From a virus (Duplodnaviria > Heunggongvirae > Uroviricota > Caudoviricetes), in the IMG/VR virus record IMGVR_UViG_3300012165_000089: a stretch of 25,209 nucleotides of DNA. One strand, given 5' to 3'. Shown here one piece after another: positions 17,711 through 25,119 of the stretch (position 1 is the stretch's first letter; every line of letters begins with the position of its first letter). The translations under genes and the position numbers were made by a program. The notes under the pieces were generated by a model, which saw only the letters and a list, made by a program, of their open reading frames with translations, searched no databases and had not been told where the DNA came from.

Positions 17711-18595
17711 ATGTTCAAATTATTCAAGGGTCACATCATTTTCTTTGCTTTGCTCATCGTGCTTTTAATTGGATATTCCGCCTGTACCATAAGAACATCC
17801 GAAAATGAATATACAGTTGTTCGTCAATTCGGAAAAGTGGTACAGGTGAATTCTGAACCAGGGTTATCTTTCAAAACTCCACTTATCCAAAACACATTGA
17901 GAGTGCCAAAAACATTAATGTTATATGACATGGCTGCGTCCGATGTTATCACTTTGGATAAAAAAGTAATGACTGCCGACTGCTTTGCATTATGGAGGAT
18001 TGAAGATCCGGAATTGTATCTGGGAAGTCTCGGTGCTAATAAAACAAATGCCGAAAGTCGAATTGATAATATCGTATATAACTCATTAAAAAACGTTGTT
18101 TCTTCCATGAATCAGGACGATGTTGTATCTGGCCGGGATGGCAAATTAGCGCAAATGATTCTGGACAATATAGGAAGTTCTATGGAATCCTACGGAATTC
18201 GGCTGGATGCAATAGAGACAAAATCATTGGATTTACCCGAAGAAAACAAGAATGCCGTATATAACCGTATGATTTCCGAAAGAGATAATATTTCGGCAAG
18301 TTTCTCTGCTCAAGGAGAGGAGGAGTACAACAAGGTAAAAAACGAAACCGATCTAAATGTCAGAGTTACAGTTTCAAAGGCGAAAGCGGAGGCAGAAGAG
18401 ATAAAGGCAAGTGGTGAGTCAGAATATATGCGCATTTTAAGTGCAGCCTATAATGACGAATCAAAAGCTGATTTTTATAATTATGTTCGAGCTCTGGATG
18501 CTTTAAAGACGAGTCTCAAGGGTTCGGAAACAACAATTATTCTCGATCGAGATAATCCGCTTGTTCAAATTCTGAATGGTTTTTCGGTATATTGA
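17711..18595 (+). CDS. hflC: HflC, SPFH-domain FtsH modulator
   Basis: VVRQFGKVV, PGLSFKTPLIQ, ITLDKK, WRIEDP, YNRMISER, FYNYVRAL motifs. Confidence 0.88.
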   Translation: MFKLFKGHIIFFALLIVLLIGYSACTIRTSENEYTVVRQFGKVVQVNSEPGLSFKTPLIQNTLRVPKTLMLYDMAASDVITLDKKVMTADCFALWRIEDPELYLGSLGANKTNAESRIDNIVYNSLKNVVSSMNQDDVVSGRDGKLAQMILDNIGSSMESYGIRLDAIETKSLDLPEENKNAVYNRMISERDNISASFSAQGEEEYNKVKNETDLNVRVTVSKAKAEAEEIKASGESEYMRILSAAYNDESKADFYNYVRALDALKTSLKGSETTIILDRDNPLVQILNGFSVY

Positions 18596-18600
18596 TTAAA

Positions 18601-18630
18601 AATGAGGGGGTTCGCCCCCTCATTAATTTT
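18601..18630. terminator. Bidirectional terminator between convergent genes
   Basis: AATGAGGGGG-TTCG-CCCCCTCATT with an A run before it and a T run shortly after. Confidence 0.85.
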
Positions 18631-19056
18631 TTATATTGATTTTTCATTCAAATAATCAGTGCCATTATATTCCAATCCTAAATCCAAAAGAATCTTTTGC
18701 AATTTCATCTGTGATTTTTTACCGAAACCACGAACATGTCCATAGTCTTTGTCAGTCCAGTTCTGTAAATCTTCCAGATAAAATGCCCCACATGATTTTA
18801 AATTAACAAAGATACTTCGCTTTACATCTAAGTGCTCTGAAATAAGATGCCAATGATTTGTCTGAGCAACACTACCATAATCCTCCACTAAAAGACATAT
18901 TTCATTGACACTGGTACCTTTAAGCCATGGCTCTATAAAATCAACTTGATACTTTTCACCATTGCTGAATATATACGATTTAGCACATTCCATAAAGGCA
19001 TAACCAACAACCTTCTTATCTGATCCTGATATAATTCCCTGGTGTAATATAATCAT
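18631..19056 (-). CDS. Protein with a C-terminal RNA polymerase alpha-CTD-like domain
   Basis: HLDVKRSIFVNLKSCGAFYLEDL...HVRGFGKKSQMKLQKILLDLGL aligns by eye with the alpha-CTD pattern (LDLSVRSYNCLKRAGI.TV.DL...VRNLG.KSLEE....L...GL). Start moved to the ATG after AGAGGAG. Confidence 0.65.
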   Translation of the reverse strand: MIILHQGIISGSDKKVVGYAFMECAKSYIFSNGEKYQVDFIEPWLKGTSVNEICLLVEDYGSVAQTNHWHLISEHLDVKRSIFVNLKSCGAFYLEDLQNWTDKDYGHVRGFGKKSQMKLQKILLDLGLEYNGTDYLNEKSI

Positions 19057-19415
19057 AAGCTTTACTCCTCTTTTCATCTGAATAATAAACTATAGCTATC
19101 TTATCACAATATATTTTAATTGAAAATTATCAAATCAAGATTTTTTGATCTCATTGCCGCATGGCTGTGCTTTTTTATTTATCCACAACCTTCTGCATAC
19201 ATAATTCTTTTCAAACGCGAACAGGCATTGGAGAGAAAACAAGCCTAAAAATTATGATATCTGAAAAGTAATTATTTTCGGTCGAAAAAGGAGGAAAGAG
19301 AGCAGTGGGTGCAAGAATCTCTTACGAGCGATTTACAAAAAATTATACAATGAGTATCAAGAAAGCAGATATATAAAACTAAATAAAGCTTAATTATACA
19401 AAGGAGTCTAAAGGT

Positions 19416-20882
19416 ATGAATATTCAAAAGAAATATGAAATGGAAGATCTATATATCAATCTTTACGGAAGAGATCCGCTTTATGTTTACGAAAGAGAAA
19501 TTAAGGGTCTCAATAATATTTCTTACGAAAAGTATTTAAAGGAGTCGATATATTCCTTTAAACAAGCAGGTTCCGTAAATCTTGTTGTAATCGACAATGA
19601 TGATGCAACAGAAGAGACTGAATTAAAACTTCCAGTAATCATAAATGACGGGAGTAAAGCTTCGATGGGTCTAAAAGATAACGTTGCAGACCGTATTGGA
19701 CGACGCATCAATAAGAGTGCTAAGCTGCTATATGAAAAAATAAGAAAAGAGTCTGTTGAAGAATGGAAAAATGATATCAATGCGTTCTATTGTTGGTTTG
19801 ATGCGGAATTATTAAAGTCAACCGGAACTGTTTTTATTCGAATCAACCTTAATAAGCCTTATGGCCCGCAAAACTGCATGCTGACAGATAGTATTAAAAT
19901 CTTAACAGAACCATTAAATGAGAAATTCCATACAAATTTGGATACGCTCTATCGAAAAATGGTTATAACTCATTCAAGAAAGGAATTAGCGCCAGAGTGG
20001 GGATCCACTCATAGCTTCATTCATTGGATTCAAAATCACCAAGAACAAATTCCGGAGCGACCAGTTTTGATTAGAATCAACCGAAATAAGCCTTTCGGCC
20101 CCGATAACTGTAAGTTTAAAAGAGTAGAAGACGTAAGAAGAAATCGTAAAAACTACACGGATGAGGAACAACAGTTAATCGATACTGTAATTGAAATCGG
20201 AAATAGTTATGGAACGGATCCGGTCGCTAAATATGAAAACATTTGCAATTGCGGCGATGTGGATTCAAAAAAATGGACTCTAAAGAAATATCTTAAATGG
20301 GTTATCAAGCAGAATGAAAATAATCATTTTGCGCCTTGCTTAAATCGTCTGAACATCAATAAACCTTATTCCCCAAACAACTGCTATTTCAGTTGGCGAT
20401 CAAGAGGTAAAAGGACACATGGTATGTCTAATACTAAACTGTATCGTAAATATCTCTATTTTACGCGGTATTATCGGGAACATCTGGAAACTAAAATTAC
20501 ATTTGAAGAATTCATGGAAATTGCCTTGAAAGAAAAGGATTATCAGCTAAATTCTCGTATGAAAATAAATTACCAAGATCCCATCACCATGGATAGTGTT
20601 GATTTTATTCAAGATGATAGTGATATAAGTGATATTAATCGCATTTGTGATATTTACCGCACAGAAATAAGAGCCGGTAAAGATGGCTTTGATGGCTTGA
20701 TGAAATTTATGGAATGGACCATTCGACAAGGATATACATCATGGATGGATTTTCAAAAAATTGGCAAAGGCGATTATTCACCAGAAACTTGTGTTTGGGA
20801 TATCTTCACAGCCGATGCTTACATCCGCTCCAAAGGAAGACGCATTACAACAACATTTGAAAATAAAGTCAATGACTCATGA
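19416..20882 (+). CDS. Protein with five tandem degenerate HNH-like (homing-endonuclease-type) repeats; last 4 codons and stop come from the inserted element
   Basis: Repeats RINLNKPYGPQNC, RINRNKPFGPDNC, RLNINKPYSPNNC, KINYQDPITMDSV and KIGKGDYSPETC, four of them preceded by a W/F..F..W-like segment; also THGMSNTKLY. Confidence 0.7.
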   Translation: MNIQKKYEMEDLYINLYGRDPLYVYEREIKGLNNISYEKYLKESIYSFKQAGSVNLVVIDNDDATEETELKLPVIINDGSKASMGLKDNVADRIGRRINKSAKLLYEKIRKESVEEWKNDINAFYCWFDAELLKSTGTVFIRINLNKPYGPQNCMLTDSIKILTEPLNEKFHTNLDTLYRKMVITHSRKELAPEWGSTHSFIHWIQNHQEQIPERPVLIRINRNKPFGPDNCKFKRVEDVRRNRKNYTDEEQQLIDTVIEIGNSYGTDPVAKYENICNCGDVDSKKWTLKKYLKWVIKQNENNHFAPCLNRLNINKPYSPNNCYFSWRSRGKRTHGMSNTKLYRKYLYFTRYYREHLETKITFEEFMEIALKEKDYQLNSRMKINYQDPITMDSVDFIQDDSDISDINRICDIYRTEIRAGKDGFDGLMKFMEWTIRQGYTSWMDFQKIGKGDYSPETCVWDIFTADAYIRSKGRRITTTFENKVNDS

Positions 20883-21101
20883 CTAAAGTCACGAGCTCGT
20901 AAAAGCTCGACATTGATTAGCCTAAGCCTTATCTGACTACGTTATTTTGGTCGATGCACCATAGGGTACTTCTCAAGCTCTATGGCAACTGTCGTTTGTG
21001 GTTAAAAGTCCTGTGGAGTAGGGACGGTGCTGCAAACATGACAAGCCTTTCCAACTTTGGCGATGAGGAAGTAACTACAACTTGATTGTAGGGCTTATAG
21101 C
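20868..21101 (+). ncRNA. Omega RNA (HEARO-like) scaffold; the guide would be the 5' flank
   Basis: Recognisable blocks GTCAAT...ATTGAT-TAGCCTAAG, GACTACGTT, stem CCATAGGG/CTCTATGG, long-range pair TACTTCTCA (20967-20975) with TGAGGAAGTA (21064-21073), TTGGCGA and GGCTTATAGC. The 3' end is approximate. Confidence 0.8.
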
Positions 21102-21206
21102 CACCGTGCTGGGACGGTATATCTCCAGCAACCCATTAAAACGAAAAGGAGTGCGGCTCTCATCTCATGACTTAAGTCACGAGTCTCCGAGCCTGTGTGG
21201 TTGTCA
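20868..21206. mobile_element. Non-autonomous IS200/IS605-superfamily (IscB-type) miniature element, no tnpA or iscB
   Basis: Near-identical subterminal hairpins CTCATGAC-TAAA-GTCACGAG (20876-20895) and CTCATGAC-TTAA-GTCACGAG (21164-21183); begins GTCAA; followed by ATGAA (21207-21211); no ORF inside. Confidence 0.85.
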
Positions 21207-21839
21207 ATGAAAACAAATAAAGTACATTTGAAGGGGACAGTTGTATCAAATTTTGAATTTAACCATAAAAACTATAATCAGAATTTCTATACAGCAAAAC
21301 TAGCTGTAAAGCGCTTGAGTGGGCAAGTCGATACTATCCCCATCATGATTTCAGATGAGACACTTGATATTACTAATAATTACATTGGTAAAACGCTGGG
21401 AGTCACTGGGCAATTTCGTTCTCATATCAAAAACGGCGACACAAGCACTAATTTACTTTTGTATGTCTTTGTCCAGAAGCTTCAATTTTGTGATAATACT
21501 CAGGATTATGTTGACGCTATTACAGATAATTGCGAATTAGTTGCTACTATTGCTAAAACCAACCCCTTGCGGAAAACTCCGCTCGGACGTGAGATTTGCG
21601 AGGTGTTCGCATTAGTAAACCGCGAAAGTGGAAAGCGTGATTATATTCCTTGTATCACTTGGGGTAAAACCGCAAAAATAGCGAACAATTTTGAACCCGG
21701 TACAGAAATTCGCATTTCAGGGCGGGTACAAAGTCGTGAATATTGGAAAAAAAATAGTAATGATGAGATCGAGACACGTACCGCCTACGAAGTATCTGTC
21801 AGAAGACTGGAAATATATTCCGACTTGAAACAGGCTTAA
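21207..21839 (+). CDS. ssb: Clostridial-type single-stranded DNA-binding protein with two OB folds
   Basis: VKRLSGQVDTIPIMIS, GQFRS, RKTPLGREI, VNR...DYIPCITWG, GRVQSREY and TAYEVSV motifs. No good RBS before 21207. Confidence 0.85.
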   Translation: MKTNKVHLKGTVVSNFEFNHKNYNQNFYTAKLAVKRLSGQVDTIPIMISDETLDITNNYIGKTLGVTGQFRSHIKNGDTSTNLLLYVFVQKLQFCDNTQDYVDAITDNCELVATIAKTNPLRKTPLGREICEVFALVNRESGKRDYIPCITWGKTAKIANNFEPGTEIRISGRVQSREYWKKNSNDEIETRTAYEVSVRRLEIYSDLKQA

Positions 21840-21845
21840 ACTATA

Positions 21846-21875
21846 AAAGGGTTGCATAAAGTGCAGCTCTTTTTT
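21846..21875 (+). terminator. Rho-independent terminator
   Basis: AAAGGGTTGCA-taaag-TGCAGCTCTTT (two G-U pairs) plus TTT. Confidence 0.7.
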
Positions 21876-21905
21876 ATGTGAAAAAATAAAAATATGATAA
21901 AAAAC

Positions 21906-21956
21906 AATATCCGCAGTCCTTGTAAAATTGCTTATCACTCTGCAAATTATTAAAAT
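21906..21956 (+). promoter_or_regulatory. AATATCCGCA copy 4 plus SigA promoter
   Basis: Motif 21906-21915, -35 TTGCTT 21928-21933, 17-bp spacer, -10 TAAAAT 21951-21956. Confidence 0.65.
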
Positions 21957-21984
21957 GAACATAGTAAAGAAAAGAGGAGGGTTC

Positions 21985-22326
21985 ATGGATAAAAAAATGA
22001 AATTGCAGATGGAGGAATACCGTCAAAAGATACAGAAGCAATACCAGGCAGAAATTTTTGATTTAAAAGAGAGAAATCGAATTTTAGAAAGGGGAATTGC
22101 GGAGCAACGCCGGTTGCAAGAGGTAAATTTGGAGTTGCAAAAGCAGCTACGTAATCAGGAAGATTGGATTAGACGTCTGTTTGAATACATGGATAACGAA
22201 GGGACTCCAGAGGCTGATAAGATTAAAAAAGAGATTGCAAAGGGCATGATATCAAAAATCCATGGATTAGATGATTTATTGAAAAACATGCAAACTGCTA
22301 TGATGTGCCATTTCGTTAATATATAA
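21985..22326 (+). CDS. Coiled-coil hypothetical protein
   Basis: ATG 21985 behind AGAGGAGG; 113 aa, Q/E/K/R-rich helix. Confidence 0.75.
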   Translation: MDKKMKLQMEEYRQKIQKQYQAEIFDLKERNRILERGIAEQRRLQEVNLELQKQLRNQEDWIRRLFEYMDNEGTPEADKIKKEIAKGMISKIHGLDDLLKNMQTAMMCHFVNI

Positions 22327-22362
22327 ATGATGAGGCCTGGCTTCTGCCAGGTCTCATCATTT
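22325..22362 (+). terminator. 17-bp stem-loop after the coiled-coil gene
   Basis: AAATGATGAGGCCTGGC-ttct-GCCAGGTCTCATCATTT; weak U tract. Confidence 0.6.
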
Positions 22363-22456
22363 GTATAAAAGAAACCAGTTTGAGAGAAGAAAATAACATA
22401 ATTAGAACAGAAATCATTTCTAGAAGAGAAAAAATAAAAAGGAGGAATAGGGTGAT

Positions 22457-24922
22457 ATGAAAACTAAGGCTAAAAGGGTAACTTGTGCAATTCTATCAGC
22501 AGCCATGATGTTTGGGAATGTATCTTCTGGAATTACAGCATTTGCGATTGATGCTAATTCCCCAATTAACGCAGATGGAACAACTCCAAACGGAAATAAG
22601 CCGCAAGATATTACTTTTACGGAAGGCGCATACGTCAACGATACACCACTTCGCTTACAAATCTCCAAGGTAAAGACAGCACCTGGGGAACATGAAGGAA
22701 TTGCGCCAGAAAATACAGAAGCGACGCAAAAAAATACAATTACATACAAAGTATCCGGACGAATCGATGGTTCCGAGTCTGATATCATTAAGAATTACGG
22801 CTCTGAATATGTGGAACTTGCATATTCCAATTCGGGTATTTATCTTGGATACGGATGGTTGCGAGGAACATTCGAATATCTTTTAAATCGCCAAGCACAG
22901 AACTTGGATGAAGAAATACAAATTCTATATAATGGATATGGCATATTTGAAGGATATGCTTACATTACTCATAAGCTTGAAACAGCAGATGATACGAATC
23001 GCTACGTAGCAGGTGCTACTATGGGGCTGTACGATGCTGTGGAAATTTTCCGCGATCCTCAAATCACCGCTGATACATCTTATTATGGAGAAGATGAGCG
23101 ATTTGCCGGAGTGACTGTAATTCGTGATTCCGGCTCCAATAACGTTACCAGTGTTTATGCCAACAAGGGATATGCAGGAACACAGATAATGTATGTCCTG
23201 CAGAAAACAAATGGCGAAAAAATAGAAATTGATAAAAATGGTACTGTTATCAATAAGAACTATGATTACCAGGACGAAATCAATGACAAGGGAAATGGTA
23301 CTTGGATTGCGAAAACAATTCAGAGAGAGGATACCCCAATCCTGTTTTATAGCCTTGATAAACTATGCATTACTACAAATGATGTTTACACAAGCATTAG
23401 TTCTGAAAACCAGAAAATGATTAATGACACATTCGGTGCTGATCGATATGACAAGGATGGACAACTTTTCGGCTTTGACAAAGAGGGAAATGTAGTAGAT
23501 ATTACGCAAAAAAACGAACGGGATTTCTCTATTTTTGCATTTGAAGCAGGCACAAGTCGTCCTGTTTATGAATTTGTAGGTGGGAATTTTAATGAAATTT
23601 GCTATAGTATGCCAGAAAAGGTAATTGAAATTGGTGCTGACACGGTGATCTATCATCTTGATGCTGATGGAAATCGTGATTCTATGGTAGACCCACAAAC
23701 TGGTATTGCGTACATTGAGGAATCAATTACACCGCCAGAAGGTCATAACAACATTCATGATGTGAATGATACGGAATCAACTCAAAACACAAAAATATTC
23801 GTATGGCCGGTAAATGTTTTTTATGATGGCTCTGGTGCAAATAGCGGAAATAGTAATGGTTCTATGACTTTCCGTAAGATTATGACCACACGCATCGCAA
23901 CAATTAACGCCGATACAAAGGACGAATTCACAACCGGCACCTTTAATGGAAGTGCGTTAGAAAAAAATATGAATCCGGTATTAGACCAGTATGGCCACCC
24001 GGTCTATTATCGTCAGTCCACGCAGACATACGAAAAAGGTGCGGATACTTACGATTACGATGGCGATGAATACACGGGATATATTTATAAAGATTCATTA
24101 GATGCTGAAAACGAGAATGCATATACCGTGAATGACCATGACACCTTGTATAATGGCGATAAAGACGATCCATTTAACCAAGAGACACATTATCAGTTTT
24201 CTGATAAACAGGCTGTACGATTAACTGTTGATATGATCGGTAATTTTATCATCAATGGCAGTAGTTTGGTTCCGGTACCAGTACGTCAAGGCTATGTGTT
24301 TGCTGGATGGTTAATGGATCCAAATCAATTAACCGATAAATGCACCGTGAAAGCATATTGGAAGAATCAAAATAGTTCCGGTATGAGTGATGATGAAAAA
24401 GAGGAATGGTATTCCGGTAAACAGGCAGAGTCTGCGGATATTAAAAACATGACTGTAACCTTTGATGCTAATGGTGGCGAGTTCCGTAGTGGTTCAGGCG
24501 ATATTCATTCTACCGACAATGTTTTGTATCGTAGACTTGGTGATGCTTATTTAATGGAAAACGTTTGGGTGACTGGCGAAAATACGCCAAATGACCCATT
24601 TGATACCCAATTGGTAGATACCATAGGAAATACCGCTGCCGGCAGCAATACGATTACTCTGACTGGCAAAACCGCCAATGACGCATATACCGCTACAATG
24701 TCTGGTGGCCAAGCTGATATGTTAAAAAGAGTAAATGCCGGAACATACATAATGGAAGAATTGAAAGCCCCTGCTGGCTATGTAAAGGGATTGCCGGTTG
24801 GAGTTACTGTAAATGAAAATGCACAAGTCCAGTATGCCGAAATGACAGATAAAACAATTAAAGCGGAATTTATTAAAGTAGATGCAACTTCATTAAAAGT
24901 TTCCCAATTTGACGGACTATAG
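22457..24922 (+). CDS. Secreted SpaA/Cna-type surface protein with an InlB B-repeat-like segment; probably C-terminally truncated
   Basis: Signal peptide ending AFA; SpaA motifs VAGATMGLYD and GTYIMEELKAPAGY; B-repeat motifs PVRQGYVFAGW and VTFDANGG; ends just after the start of a further SpaA unit (KAEFIKVDAT) with no sortase or TM anchor. Confidence 0.7.
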   Translation: MKTKAKRVTCAILSAAMMFGNVSSGITAFAIDANSPINADGTTPNGNKPQDITFTEGAYVNDTPLRLQISKVKTAPGEHEGIAPENTEATQKNTITYKVSGRIDGSESDIIKNYGSEYVELAYSNSGIYLGYGWLRGTFEYLLNRQAQNLDEEIQILYNGYGIFEGYAYITHKLETADDTNRYVAGATMGLYDAVEIFRDPQITADTSYYGEDERFAGVTVIRDSGSNNVTSVYANKGYAGTQIMYVLQKTNGEKIEIDKNGTVINKNYDYQDEINDKGNGTWIAKTIQREDTPILFYSLDKLCITTNDVYTSISSENQKMINDTFGADRYDKDGQLFGFDKEGNVVDITQKNERDFSIFAFEAGTSRPVYEFVGGNFNEICYSMPEKVIEIGADTVIYHLDADGNRDSMVDPQTGIAYIEESITPPEGHNNIHDVNDTESTQNTKIFVWPVNVFYDGSGANSGNSNGSMTFRKIMTTRIATINADTKDEFTTGTFNGSALEKNMNPVLDQYGHPVYYRQSTQTYEKGADTYDYDGDEYTGYIYKDSLDAENENAYTVNDHDTLYNGDKDDPFNQETHYQFSDKQAVRLTVDMIGNFIINGSSLVPVPVRQGYVFAGWLMDPNQLTDKCTVKAYWKNQNSSGMSDDEKEEWYSGKQAESADIKNMTVTFDANGGEFRSGSGDIHSTDNVLYRRLGDAYLMENVWVTGENTPNDPFDTQLVDTIGNTAAGSNTITLTGKTANDAYTATMSGGQADMLKRVNAGTYIMEELKAPAGYVKGLPVGVTVNENAQVQYAEMTDKTIKAEFIKVDATSLKVSQFDGL

Positions 24923-25065
24923 AAATTACATGTTTCCGCCATAATTATTACATTTTGACCATTGCATGTAGCTTATAAGAGTGAAAACAGCTTTTTTTCG
25001 GCCAATCAGATGGTGTTTGACCATGATTTTGGTCAAAGTTTTTTGCTGAATCACCATAAAAAATG

Positions 25066-25110
25066 CTTTATATATAGTCCGATATGTGGTATAATGGACT
25101 ATATATAAAG
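25066..25110 (+). promoter_or_regulatory. Transposase promoter enclosed in a 15-bp perfect inverted repeat
   Basis: CTTTATATATAGTCC - gatatgTGgTATAAT - GGACTATATATAAAG, abutting RBS AAGGAGG. Confidence 0.7.
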
Positions 25111-25119
25111 GAGGTTTTT

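Noticed and set aside
19305-19376. 23-codon ORF (GTG start) behind a strong AAAGGAGG RBS upstream of the HNH-repeat gene
   Set aside because: Too short to support without data; RBS spacing is long and other short frames overlap it. Could be a leader peptide or a remnant.
20868-21206. Self-splicing IStron or group I intron (length is a multiple of 3, inside an apparent fusion gene)
   Set aside because: No group I core (P7, terminal omega-G context) recognised; the internal sequence is accounted for by the omega RNA scaffold and IS ends. RT-PCR could still test for splicing.
641-24750. Many 60-160 aa ORFs antisense to, or out of frame within, long genes (e.g. 4277..4582, 4330..4668, 6778..7179, 7478..7813, 10078..10551, 12370..12732, 17824..18108, 22420..22788, 23363..23698)
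   Set aside because: They overlap well-supported genes, I saw no convincing RBS or protein motifs, and they look like shadow ORFs.
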